Of a stretch of DNA of 64,000 nucleotides, positions 1-9,733 are shown piece by piece. The position numbers and the translations under genes were made by a program. The stretch is from a bacterium (GTDB lineage Bacteria > Patescibacteriota > Minisyncoccia > JAUYLV01), in assembly GCA_030649025.1 (NCBI GenBank), contig JAUSGO010000028.1, forward strand, positions 1,074 through 65,073, given 5' to 3'. Numbering within the stretch: the first letter of the stretch is position 1; each line of letters opens with the position of its first letter. Under the pieces are notes generated by a model. That model worked only from the letters and a program-made list of their open reading frames with translations, did no database searches and was not told where the DNA came from.

Positions 1-14
1 GTAGCGTTTCCCTG

Positions 15-1205
15 GTGTCTAAAGAAAAATCGCAGTCCCGCGAACACGTTTTTGCGTTCATGAAGGCGCATCCCGTAAGAGTTGTGCCGGAAGAGCGTCA
101 TCACAGTTGGTCGGATCAAATTTTATTATTATTTTCATCGCACACACTGCTTAAACCTATGTCACTTATTCTTATTCTCACGCTGCTTTTGGGCGGAGGT
201 ACCTCATTTGCCGCAGAACGAGCGTTACCGGGAAGTCTTCTGTATCCCATAAAAGTGCATGTCAACGAGGAGGTCAGAGGTCTCGTTGCTTTTTCTGCCG
301 AGGGAGAAGCGGGCTGGGAAGTTCGCCGAGTTGAACGTCGTCTTGAAGAAGCCGAGGAGCTTGCACATAATGGGGATCTCATTGGGGAAGTTAAGTCGAA
401 TATAGAAACAAACTTCGAAAATCATGCCGACCGCGTAAATAAGCGCATTGCCGCATTCGAATCGCGCCTGGACCTTGAAGCGGCTGCCGATATAAGCTCC
501 GATTTTGAAACCTCTCTCCGGGCACACGAGCGGATACTTAAAAGACTCGCCGAAAACGAAGACGAAGAAGAGAGTAAAACCGGAATAATGGTCCTTGCAA
601 CCTCGGTCCGGGTAGAAATAGAAAATACATCAAGATCCCGAGGAAACGTTGAATTAAAGTTCTCCGAGAAAAAAGGCCCGCAAGTTGAAACTGCCGCCAA
701 CGGAGCCCTGCAAGCCGCCGTCAATAAAGTAGCCGAGGTTCGCCGGCTCATCCAGATTGTAAAGGATGCGTTGGGAGACCGGGCGACCGCACAGGCAGAA
801 GCACGCCTCCTCGTGGCAGAAAACGCTATCGCGGAAGGGAAGGTGAAACTTGTTGCAGAAGCGCATGGAGAGGCGTTCGCGCTATTCAAAAAAGCCCATC
901 GCATTGCCCAAGAAGCAAAACTGCTCATTGAGGCAAGGAGGGCTCTCCGGCTTGAAATTGAATTCAACGGAGGGGCGGGGACTGAAGACAAGGACGAGGA
1001 TGAAGACGAACAGGAAGTCAGGCACGAAGAAAAAAATGATGATGACGATAAAGCGGGCTCATCTACATCCTCTCAAAACGAACGCAAGAAAGAACAAGAG
1101 AAGACAGCCTACATTGACGCAAATGATGAAGATCTTATGGAAGCCAACGCGATATTGCTATCGGCAACTTCGGGAACAGAATTCAGCACGGAGCTTGAAT
1201 TTTAA
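15..1205 (+). CDS. DUF5667-type membrane-anchored helical protein, probably 5'-truncated by the window edge
   Basis: TM helix followed by AERALPGSLLYPIKVHVNEEVR...RRLEEAE, a motif typical of DUF5667; acidic low-complexity tail; the frame is open upstream of position 15. Confidence 0.7.
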   Translation: MSKEKSQSREHVFAFMKAHPVRVVPEERHHSWSDQILLLFSSHTLLKPMSLILILTLLLGGGTSFAAERALPGSLLYPIKVHVNEEVRGLVAFSAEGEAGWEVRRVERRLEEAEELAHNGDLIGEVKSNIETNFENHADRVNKRIAAFESRLDLEAAADISSDFETSLRAHERILKRLAENEDEEESKTGIMVLATSVRVEIENTSRSRGNVELKFSEKKGPQVETAANGALQAAVNKVAEVRRLIQIVKDALGDRATAQAEARLLVAENAIAEGKVKLVAEAHGEAFALFKKAHRIAQEAKLLIEARRALRLEIEFNGGAGTEDKDEDEDEQEVRHEEKNDDDDKAGSSTSSQNERKKEQEKTAYIDANDEDLMEANAILLSATSGTEFSTELEF

Positions 1206-1246
1206 ACTCTCATTGGTATCGCTTAATTGTTAGCGCATACATGATC

Positions 1247-1282
1247 AAAACTCCCCCGCGTCAAGACGTGGGGGAGTTTTTT
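1247..1282. terminator. Bidirectional intrinsic terminator
   Basis: AAAACTCCCCCGCGTC-AA-GACGTGGGGGAGTTTTTT hairpin with A/T tracts between convergent genes. Confidence 0.8.
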
Positions 1283-1297
1283 AATTGTTTCATTCTG

Positions 1298-2392
1298 TTA
1301 TAGCACCTGAGGAATATAATCCAGGAACGCTTGTCCATTCAGCGAAGCAAGAAGGGAGAAGAAGGCCACAAGGATAAGTGCGCGGGCGATGAGGTCTTTA
1401 TGCTGAATATCTATGCGAATGAAGATATTCAGGATCGAAGCAAGAATAACAAAGGCAAGAAACGCCAGGAACGAGCTTTCAATCACGCGCTCGGAAGCCG
1501 TCATGAGGTTCACGACAAAAACAAGATGCCTCGGCGGCGCCTGTTTGATGACCTCCTGTTCGGCGGCAGTTCCTGCGACTGCACTTTCCGGCACAAAAGA
1601 AGCTGTCGGCGCTGTTTCTGCCTGAACCAGCGAAGCGGGTAACGGCGCCTCCTCCACCGCAACGGTCGCTACGTCGCTTGCTTCAGGAAATGGGGTTGCG
1701 GACGGAGTTGCTTGGGGAGTTTGCGAAGGAGAAGGCGCGGCACTCGGTAGTGGCGTTTTTATCGGAGACACCTTTGGCGAGACCACGGGAGTTGCCACGG
1801 GAACAGGAGCAGAGCTTTTGCCGAACATTTGCACAACCACAATAGAAGGTCTTTCGGGGTCTCCGGATGGAGCGGAGGCAACCGCGATGCCTATCTCCTG
1901 GTAGTTTCCGTTCAGAATATTCGCCCGGTGTAAGGGAGAAGCAAGCCAGGCTTCAACAACGGCACGACTATCCACAAAATCTTTTGCAAGATTCTCTCCG
2001 GCGTAGAGATACCGGTATCCTGCGTTTCGGAACCAGTACCAGGGACTTTTACCATCGGGGCTTTCGTGCGCGAAATAATTCTTCGCAACCATGTCCTGCG
2101 CCTTCTCTTGCGCGGCCTTTGCAAGCAGAGAATTTGTGTTGAGTTCGCCAAGCCCCTGGGCTTTGCGCGATTCGTTCGTAAGCGCCACCAGGGTTGCGCT
2201 GGTCACATCGGCAAAAAAGTACGCCCGTGGTAAAAACGTGAGAATGGAAATGACCCCGAGCTTCAATACCAAAGCAACCGCGATATAGGCTCCGAAAGAA
2301 TAACTCTCCAAGCTTCTCGGCCTGAAATGATTCTCGTCGCACGGGATGAAAAACAGCTTCAAATTATGGCTTATTTTAGACAAAAAATTCAT
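1298..2392 (-). CDS. CAP (SCP) domain membrane protein with Pro/Thr linker
   Basis: LTNESR..LAKAAQEKAQDM..YFAHESPDG..AGENLA..AWLASPLHRANIL CAP motifs; N- and C-terminal TM helices; ATG at 2392 preferred. Confidence 0.85.
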   Translation of the reverse strand: MNFLSKISHNLKLFFIPCDENHFRPRSLESYSFGAYIAVALVLKLGVISILTFLPRAYFFADVTSATLVALTNESRKAQGLGELNTNSLLAKAAQEKAQDMVAKNYFAHESPDGKSPWYWFRNAGYRYLYAGENLAKDFVDSRAVVEAWLASPLHRANILNGNYQEIGIAVASAPSGDPERPSIVVVQMFGKSSAPVPVATPVVSPKVSPIKTPLPSAAPSPSQTPQATPSATPFPEASDVATVAVEEAPLPASLVQAETAPTASFVPESAVAGTAAEQEVIKQAPPRHLVFVVNLMTASERVIESSFLAFLAFVILASILNIFIRIDIQHKDLIARALILVAFFSLLASLNGQAFLDYIPQVL

Positions 2393-2458
2393 AAAAGGAT
2401 ATCGAGTTTTATCTAACTCTATTATACATTCTAATAACTGATTTGTCAATATTACACA

Positions 2459-3103
2459 TCATTCTATAATCTGCTCCGCAACCACCACGAGACGCTGTTT
2501 TGTAGAGAAAAGCGGTGAGCAGGTGATGAGGGTAATGATGGATTTTTCCGATGGGGCGACGACCGAAAAATCGTTAGGTTCAATGATCTTTGTTTGGGCA
2601 ACTTTATATGTATAGACCTTCCCCTGCCAGCGAGCGGACAGCGTATCCCCCAGTTTCAACTTGTCCAAACTGTAAAACGTCGTGTTGTTCGGCGGTAGGT
2701 AGCGGAAGCGATGACCGAATACTACGGTGTTGGAACCCTTCTTTGGCGTAGACGTTCCGGGGTAGCGCCATGCGCCATACAGCAATGCGCCCGCATCTTT
2801 CCCTTCCACGATAGGCACCGACACGCCTATTTTTTCAATAAAAAGACGATTATCGTCTGCTGGCTTTGACCGCGGAGTCGGGGTCGGCGCGGGAACGGTT
2901 GAGTCAGAGCCCGTCGCGCCCGGCGCGATCTCTTCAAGGATGGCGTCTTTGGCAAGCAAGTCATCGGCATCCTCCACATATTCGGAAAGCTGTTTGGCAT
3001 CTGAAAAAAGTATCGGCACGAATGGAAAAAGCGCTCCCAAAAGAGCTATAAATATCAGGGTGCATCCTGCTCCTATAAGCGCAATGGACCGCTTTCTTAC
3101 CAT
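2459..3103 (-). CDS. Sortase
   Basis: N-terminal TM; catalytic triad motifs VFGHR, TLITC and QRLVV. Confidence 0.9.
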   Translation of the reverse strand: MVRKRSIALIGAGCTLIFIALLGALFPFVPILFSDAKQLSEYVEDADDLLAKDAILEEIAPGATGSDSTVPAPTPTPRSKPADDNRLFIEKIGVSVPIVEGKDAGALLYGAWRYPGTSTPKKGSNTVVFGHRFRYLPPNNTTFYSLDKLKLGDTLSARWQGKVYTYKVAQTKIIEPNDFSVVAPSEKSIITLITCSPLFSTKQRLVVVAEQIIE

Positions 3104-3141
3104 GTGCGCATTATAACACGACGGGTCCGCGATTAACTATA

Positions 3142-3170
3142 CAAAACCCCGCCGGAAAGGCGGGGTTTTG
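3142..3170. terminator. Intrinsic terminator
   Basis: CAAAACCCCGCC-GGAAA-GGCGGGGTTTTG hairpin. Confidence 0.8.
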
Positions 3171-3193
3171 ATTTTGGTTTTTGCCGATGAGCG

Positions 3194-5050
3194 TTACACG
3201 CCTGTGTTGCCGAAAAATTTATTTGCAAGTTCCGGCGAGATGAAAAGCTCTTCAATGCGCGACGGCATGATGCGTGCGCCAAGCGTGATAAGCAGAAGCC
3301 CTGTTGCAGCAAGTGCTATCATGAACGAGAGATAGATGCGGTCGAACATGAGGAAGCCCGCCTGCGGAAGTTGCGTATCGGCTGCACCAAGCACCTGGCC
3401 TTCAGTAGAAGCGCCCGCAACGGTCGGCGTAGGCGTGGGAGCTGGCGTCGGGGTTGCGGTTGGTCCGCCGCCGCCTCCGTTGGTTACCGTAACATTTGCT
3501 TGCGCAAGAATGGCCGAGCTATAGAAGGAGCTGGTCACCTGGGCGTTTATGGGATAGGTCCCCGATGAGACGCCGCTGCCCACATTCATGTTGAAGTTGA
3601 ATGATTGCGAAGCGCTCGGAGCAAGAGAAGATATTGTGGGGAAGGTTTGGGAGCCGGAGCTGTCGGCCATTGCCATACGCACGAATGGCAGGACAAACGT
3701 CTTTGCGGTGCCGCCCTCCGGGAAGCTGAAGCCCGCAGGAAGCGTAACCGTAATTATCACGTTGCTGTCAGAAAGGTTTCCGGTATTGTTCACGGTCACC
3801 GTACCCTGGGACTGTCCTCCGGCATTCACCGTTGAAGGATTTGCCGAAAGCGAGAGATTGAGAATGACCGCACTACCGCCTCCTCCACCGCCGCCACAAT
3901 TCGACTGACAACCGGGAGTAGGCGTGGGTGTAGGTTCGGGGGTTGGGGTTGGCTCTGGAGTGGGTTCCGGAGTAGGTTCTGGGGTTGGCTCAGGCGTAGG
4001 AAGAGTATTTACTGAAATATCAACACCGTCGTTGTCGTTGCTGTTATTATTATCAAATTCTGTTGCATCTGCCGAAGCGGTATTGGTTATGGCTTGGCCA
4101 CCAGTTCCGCTGTTGACCGTAACGGTGATGGTTAGAGTTGCAAACACGGTGCTTGCCAGAGAACCCACCGTCCATATACCAGTAGCGCCGTTGTAGCTTC
4201 CCTGGCTGGCGCTTGAAGAAACGTACGTCACGCCGGTTGGCAAAATGTCGGTGACCACAACATTGGTGGAGTTGTCCGGACCACTGTTGGTGACTGTAAC
4301 GGTATACGTTATAGTTTGGCCCTCATCTGGCGTTGCGTCGTCAACCGTTTTGTCGGTTGCAAGATCCGAGATCGACTCATAACATTTGAGATAATCTTGG
4401 TTGTAATTGTTTGAATTTGCCGAGGTTGCGAAGAATTTTGCGGTGTTCAGTGAAATTCCTGACCCCGTAAGCTGGGCTTTGGGAATTGCCCAATCAACAA
4501 AGTATAGACCTCCACCCGCCGAAGTTGCCTGTGCGTGTGTTGAGGCCACATCGCTCCAAAGCAGAGTATCCGCCGGATCATTGAATATCGATGGGCTAAA
4601 GTCTACGGCAGTTACCGCGGGGCTATTCTGCCATATTTCAACCTTGTCATCCTTGCCGTTAAGAGCAAGGAGGTATTGGTAGGCGGGTAAAGTGGTTTGC
4701 ATCAAAACAACCCAGGAATGATTTTTCCAACCGCCTCCATTATCGATAGGATTGCCATTATCGATAGGATTGCCATTAACTCTCTCTCGGAAGTAAAAAT
4801 AACTTGCGTCTTCAGCAAAACCGACCGCAGGATTGCTGGTATCACCAATTAAATCTCTGTGGTCGGTTGGGGGCTCCGCAAGGTCAGTTGAACATTGCGC
4901 CGGCGACGTCCAAGATGTCGGCCAAATTGGAGCCGCTTGGGCCGCCAACGGCACCGACTGAAACACCATAGACATGGTGAAAACCGCCGTGTAGAACGCT
5001 ACGAACGGGCGGATAATCCTGGCCCTCTTTTTTGTCGTGAAATAGTACAT
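3194..5050 (-). CDS. Surface protein with DUF11/Ig-like domains and LPQAG sorting signal
   Basis: Signal peptide; DUF11 signature (KTVDDATPDEGQTITYTVTVTNSGP..VVTDILP); PT/PEPT linkers; VLGA..LPQAG followed by a TM helix. Confidence 0.8.
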   Translation of the reverse strand: MYYFTTKKRARIIRPFVAFYTAVFTMSMVFQSVPLAAQAAPIWPTSWTSPAQCSTDLAEPPTDHRDLIGDTSNPAVGFAEDASYFYFRERVNGNPIDNGNPIDNGGGWKNHSWVVLMQTTLPAYQYLLALNGKDDKVEIWQNSPAVTAVDFSPSIFNDPADTLLWSDVASTHAQATSAGGGLYFVDWAIPKAQLTGSGISLNTAKFFATSANSNNYNQDYLKCYESISDLATDKTVDDATPDEGQTITYTVTVTNSGPDNSTNVVVTDILPTGVTYVSSSASQGSYNGATGIWTVGSLASTVFATLTITVTVNSGTGGQAITNTASADATEFDNNNSNDNDGVDISVNTLPTPEPTPEPTPEPTPEPTPTPEPTPTPTPGCQSNCGGGGGGGSAVILNLSLSANPSTVNAGGQSQGTVTVNNTGNLSDSNVIITVTLPAGFSFPEGGTAKTFVLPFVRMAMADSSGSQTFPTISSLAPSASQSFNFNMNVGSGVSSGTYPINAQVTSSFYSSAILAQANVTVTNGGGGGPTATPTPAPTPTPTVAGASTEGQVLGAADTQLPQAGFLMFDRIYLSFMIALAATGLLLITLGARIMPSRIEELFISPELANKFFGNTGV

Positions 5051-5243
5051 ATATGTAAGGCTTTTTGCCTTAAATAATGATAATTTTAATTAAGGATTCA
5101 GTTTAGCATCGATATCAAATTCTGTCAAGTTCTCCAAAGGGAAAACGGTAAATACTGAATCAAGTCGTAAGCGCCTTAAAGTATATCACAGATAGCGTTT
5201 TTAACAGAAAAAGCCGTATGTGGAAAAGGAGTTGATGTCTCAT

Positions 5244-7019
5244 TTATGCCAAGCGGCCGGATTGGAAATGCCGACGGAAACGTCTTTCGCGAAATCTAAT
5301 GATGCTTACTTTCGCAAAAAGCCGGAACTCGGCACGCAAATTATACAGGCCAAGCTGTTTGGCTTTCAGCCATTCTTGAGCGCGAATGCGCATGACGGCT
5401 TTGTGGTACCGGTATTCTGCCGGTATTTCGTCAATGCGATACTTGCGGATAAAAAAGCTCGTGCGGGCCAAAAGTCTTTGCATGCGACTTCGCGCGTTGG
5501 CGACAAAAAGTCCCGCAAAAACCGCAAGCCCGGAAAACGCAACTCCCGCCGGAATTGCCGCAGCAGCAGTACCCGTGCTTATGTCAAAGACGCCAAGCAC
5601 TTGCGGAGTTGGATTGGTTTTTGGAGGATTTGGGATTGCCGCGGTTGACGCGCCAAGCACTTGCGGAGCAGGCACGCATGGAGCGGAAGAGATGCGAAGA
5701 ATGGATGTATCGGATGCGGGAGGGTAGGCATTGCCGAAAAGGAGAGACGCGGTGTTCACCAACGGAGCGGTGTCCGCGGTGAGGCCGGCGGGTATTACTA
5801 CGGAAAACGAAACCGTAAATGAAGAGCCCGGAGTAAGCAAAGGAAGCGCGAGCGAACCGTCTTCCATCGGGTCGGACGATGAGGCGCCATTCAGCATGGT
5901 TGAACCCGGAACGACAATAAGGGGAGACGGAAGAACATCTTGGAGTGTTACGCCGTTGAGGACGTTCGGATTTGCCTGGATGGCGGTGAGAAGGAATTCT
6001 ACGGTCTCGCCGGGAGAAGCCGCGACAACTTCTCCGTAATCAGCCTGATTGCAGGATATATTACGTAGAGCATTGCCAATTCTTGCCGGTGATGCAGTTC
6101 CCCCACCTCCTCCGCCTCCACCACCGCCCCCACCCCCACCTCCACCTCCTCCGCCAGGAGGCGGTGTTGGGGCTGGAGTAGATGTTGGCGTTGGAGTGGG
6201 CTCAGGAGTAGGCGTCGGTGACGGTGTCGGCGTTGGGGTCGGTGTAGGCGTCGGAGTAGGAGTCGGCGTGGGAGTAGGCTCCGGTGTAGGCGATGGAGTT
6301 GGAGACTCTGATGGAGTCGGGGTCGGAGTTGGGGATTCGCTCGGGGTTGGAGTCTGGGTTGGTGTAGGCGTGGGTGAAGGCGTGGGTGAAGGCGTCGGAG
6401 TAGGTGTCGGCTCTGGCGTTGGAGACTCGGACGGTGTTGGGGTAGGTGATGGAGTAGGTGATGGAGTAGGTGTGGGAGTAGGAGTAGGAGTAGGAGTAGG
6501 TTCGGGTGTAGGAGTCGGCGTGGGAGTAGGCTCCGGTGTAGGCGATGGAGTTGGAGACTCTGATGGAGTCGGGGTCGGAGTTGGCGAAGGCGTTGGTGTC
6601 GGGGTGATACCGCAGTTTTGTAGGTCTACTGCCTGGGGATTATGTAAAGAAAGGGTTGTCCCATCAATGGTCACGGTGCCGTCGCTTACGTCGTATATCG
6701 TTGCGCCATATGGCGGGTAATCCAGATAATGCGCAGTATCACCCGTGTGCTTGCTGAACAAAGCCGTGCGCACGGTGCCGTTTAGTCCGTAAGAAACGAA
6801 GCCGTAGTCTGATACGGAATCTGGCAGATGCACAACCACAAAGTGCACTTCAGCGGAGGTGCTTTCCCCGGTGCACTCAACGTGGCTCAAATTAAGCTGC
6901 ATTTCCCGCTCTGCCATTGCCGCAAAGAAAGAAACGAACGAAAACAGGACAACAAAGACGCCGGCCAATACGCGTCTTAAGAAGTTATTGTTTTTGTGAA
7001 AGCCTGTGAAGACATTCAT
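5244..7019 (-). CDS. Pro/Thr-rich surface protein with poly-Gly linker, DUF11-like domain and C-terminal anchor
   Basis: Signal peptide; ~150-aa PT/PS repeat; long Gly run; [15 protein letters not shown] domain; VLG..ISTG, TM helix and basic tail. Confidence 0.75.
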   Translation of the reverse strand: MNVFTGFHKNNNFLRRVLAGVFVVLFSFVSFFAAMAEREMQLNLSHVECTGESTSAEVHFVVVHLPDSVSDYGFVSYGLNGTVRTALFSKHTGDTAHYLDYPPYGATIYDVSDGTVTIDGTTLSLHNPQAVDLQNCGITPTPTPSPTPTPTPSESPTPSPTPEPTPTPTPTPEPTPTPTPTPTPTPSPTPSPTPTPSESPTPEPTPTPTPSPTPSPTPTPTQTPTPSESPTPTPTPSESPTPSPTPEPTPTPTPTPTPTPTPTPTPSPTPTPEPTPTPTSTPAPTPPPGGGGGGGGGGGGGGGGGGGTASPARIGNALRNISCNQADYGEVVAASPGETVEFLLTAIQANPNVLNGVTLQDVLPSPLIVVPGSTMLNGASSSDPMEDGSLALPLLTPGSSFTVSFSVVIPAGLTADTAPLVNTASLLFGNAYPPASDTSILRISSAPCVPAPQVLGASTAAIPNPPKTNPTPQVLGVFDISTGTAAAAIPAGVAFSGLAVFAGLFVANARSRMQRLLARTSFFIRKYRIDEIPAEYRYHKAVMRIRAQEWLKAKQLGLYNLRAEFRLFAKVSIIRFRERRFRRHFQSGRLA

Positions 7020-7054
7020 ATATGTAAGAAAAAAATTCTATGGGTTTTTTGGAA

Positions 7055-7834
7055 TTATTCAACGCGATCTGCCCGCACGGCTATCCTCTGCCAGTTCGTG
7101 CCCACCGGCCAGCAGGATACCAGAACAATACCCTCTCCGTCGAGACTTTGGAGAACGTCCTCCTTCGCATTTTTTGGATCTATGATAAAATGGTCACGCA
7201 CCCGGTAGTGCAGTATCTTGCCGGACATTTCTATGGCTATCGGATCTCCCGCCTTAAGTTTATCAAGCAGGGCGAAAACCGACCCATATTTTCCACGATA
7301 GGTCATTGGAGCTGAGCTGTGGCCCAAGAGGACCGATGTTCCACCGCTTCCGATCTCCGCGCTTCCCGGCCAGCGAATAACCCCCCCTCCCAGATCTTTG
7401 TTGATGGTTTTCAAATTAAAAGCAGTCTCCACAATGGGAGCGGAAACTCGTAAGCTCGGTATCCGTATACGCGGAGTTTTTGGAATTGCCGCGGCCTCAA
7501 TGAGTTTCTTTTCAACAGGAGACGTTTCGGAAGCGCCCAATGGGGCGGATGCATGGGAAGATAAGGCTGGCGGCACACTTTGAACCTCATAGTTTTCTCC
7601 TGCCGTAGCAAGACCCATCAACGATTCTTCAATATTCGCCGCAAGCGGCAGAAGTGTAGGTGTTTTTTTAATTTCAAATTCATCTCTGGACACCAGCGCG
7701 GTAAGTGCGGGCCAATTTTCGTGTAAATAATAGGAAGCGCGAGCGGCGTAAGAACGGCCCGAAGCGTAAAAGGATAGCGCCAACATCAAAAAGCCGGATG
7801 CCAAAAGGATCTTCAGAAAGTTTTTCCGGTTCAT
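7055..7834 (-). CDS. Sortase (second paralog)
   Basis: LLGHSS, LVSCWPVG and QRIAV motifs; N-terminal TM after MNRKNF; the start could lie further upstream (7933 or 7972). Confidence 0.85.
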   Translation of the reverse strand: MNRKNFLKILLASGFLMLALSFYASGRSYAARASYYLHENWPALTALVSRDEFEIKKTPTLLPLAANIEESLMGLATAGENYEVQSVPPALSSHASAPLGASETSPVEKKLIEAAAIPKTPRIRIPSLRVSAPIVETAFNLKTINKDLGGGVIRWPGSAEIGSGGTSVLLGHSSAPMTYRGKYGSVFALLDKLKAGDPIAIEMSGKILHYRVRDHFIIDPKNAKEDVLQSLDGEGIVLVSCWPVGTNWQRIAVRADRVE

Positions 7835-8157
7835 AAGCGAATGTTGATGCCGAGTCAATTCGTCGCTAATGATGCCGTCTCTAAGATAGATGCGGCGCGT
7901 TCCAAATTTAAAGACCGAGATTGCTGGGGTCATGCTATGTGGGGCTCTGATTTTATGACTATAATGGTACAAGAGTCCGAAAGTACATTCTATAATAGTC
8001 TTAATTCTTTGTCAAGTTTCCTCGAGTAAACACATTATTCAACAGGATTGCAAAGTAATTAAAACTTGACATTTTTTTATGAGCGTGTTAACATGGCATT
8101 TCATCTCATTCGGTACCCAGGGGTGGCCGAAAATCTTGTAAAAACATCAAATTACAT

Positions 8158-9714
8158 ATGGAAAAGGTTCAGATAAAAATCAATAAATCCGCTTCCGTGT
8201 CCGGGAAGGATGCGGCACTCCCGAGCCTTCCTGCTAGCGCGAAGAACGTCGTTCCCAAAAAGGAAGTTTTGGAACTGATACCCGTGTCCTTGGTGAAAGA
8301 ATTCGGTGCGTTTGTTTTTGACGCGTCAGAAAAAGAAATAAAGATCGCCGCTCAAGATCCAAGCCAACCGGTCCTGCAAAAATTCGTGTTGGAACGCTTT
8401 GGAGAAAAAGCGAAATGGTTTGGCGCATCCGAAGAGGATGTCCAATTCATCATCAAGCATTATCCACGGGACTTCAAAGACGAAATTTCCCGGCTTACCG
8501 AAAATCCCAATGTTAACGGCAACATCGTGGAAATTGTCGACCGCATCATTGCTTACGCCATTGCCGAAAAAGCAAGCGATGTGCACATTGAGTCGATGCG
8601 CGGCCAGACCCTGGTGCGCTTCCGCGTGGACGGCTTGCTTCACAAAGTGCTTACCATGCCTCAAGACGTGCATCAAGCCATGATCGCGCGCTGTAAAATT
8701 CTGGCAAATTTGAAAATAGACGAATACCGCCGCCCGCAAGACGGCAGAATCGAGCTGGAAACTCCTCCCAATACTTCGCTACGCATTTCCATCGTACCTA
8801 CGCTTCATGGAGAAAAAATAGCCATGCGTATTCTGGACGACTCGAACAAAAATCTCTCGATGGAGAATCTCGGTTTCTCAAAAAGCCACCAAGAAATACT
8901 TTTACGCAACATTGAAAAGCCATTTGGCATGATGGTGACTTCAGGCCCCACGGGGTCGGGAAAAACCACAACGCTTTACGGCCTGTTGAGCCTTCTGCCG
9001 AAAGACGGCATAAACATCTCCACGCTCGAGGACCCCATTGAGTACGCTCTCGACGGCGTCAACCAGATCCAAATAAATCCCCGGGTGGACCTTACCTTCG
9101 CTTCCGGACTCAAGGCACTTCTGCGCCAAGACCCGGATATCATTATGGTAGGAGAGATCCGCGATTCGGAAACCGCGGTGATGGCGGCAAATGCCGCGCT
9201 CACGGGACATATGGTGCTTACCACGCTTCATACCAACGATGCGCCATCGGCCGTAACAAGGCTTCTAGAAATGAAGGTGGAGGATTTCGTGGTAAGTTCC
9301 ATCGTCAACCTGGTCATCGCGCAACGGCTCGTGCGGAAAATTTGCGAATCCTGCGCCGAAGAACGGAAACTCGACGAAATTCTTTTTAAAAAAATTACGG
9401 AGCGCGGAGATGTCAAAGAGGCCCTGGAAAGCATGGGGCAGAGCATGGACCAAATTCGCGAGCGTACATTCCGCGTCGGCAAGGGCTGCGATGCGTGCCT
9501 CGGAACGGGATATGTTGGACGCGCCGGAATTTTTGAATTACTGGAGCTTAATAAAACCATACACGACCTTATTCTGGAACACGCGCCATCGGAGCGCATC
9601 AAAGAGGTAGCAATAAAAGCAGGATTCAAAGACATGATTGCCGACGGCCTGGAGAAAGTTTTTTCTGGCGTGACCACGTTCGATGAAGTTCTGCGCACAA
9701 CCCGCAACGTGTAA
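8158..9714 (+). CDS. pilB: Type IV pilus/T2SS assembly ATPase (PilB/GspE)
   Basis: ASDVHIE, Walker A GPTGSGKTT, TLEDPIE, LRQDPDIIMVGEIRD, His box, CxxC zinc motifs. Confidence 0.93.
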   Translation: MEKVQIKINKSASVSGKDAALPSLPASAKNVVPKKEVLELIPVSLVKEFGAFVFDASEKEIKIAAQDPSQPVLQKFVLERFGEKAKWFGASEEDVQFIIKHYPRDFKDEISRLTENPNVNGNIVEIVDRIIAYAIAEKASDVHIESMRGQTLVRFRVDGLLHKVLTMPQDVHQAMIARCKILANLKIDEYRRPQDGRIELETPPNTSLRISIVPTLHGEKIAMRILDDSNKNLSMENLGFSKSHQEILLRNIEKPFGMMVTSGPTGSGKTTTLYGLLSLLPKDGINISTLEDPIEYALDGVNQIQINPRVDLTFASGLKALLRQDPDIIMVGEIRDSETAVMAANAALTGHMVLTTLHTNDAPSAVTRLLEMKVEDFVVSSIVNLVIAQRLVRKICESCAEERKLDEILFKKITERGDVKEALESMGQSMDQIRERTFRVGKGCDACLGTGYVGRAGIFELLELNKTIHDLILEHAPSERIKEVAIKAGFKDMIADGLEKVFSGVTTFDEVLRTTRNV

Positions 9715-9733
9715 TATTATTTTTTGAAACCAC

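Noticed and set aside
6049-6720. 223-aa Gly-Val repeat ORF on the + strand (also 3924-4196)
   Set aside because: Antisense shadow of the Pro-Thr repeats in the minus-strand surface proteins
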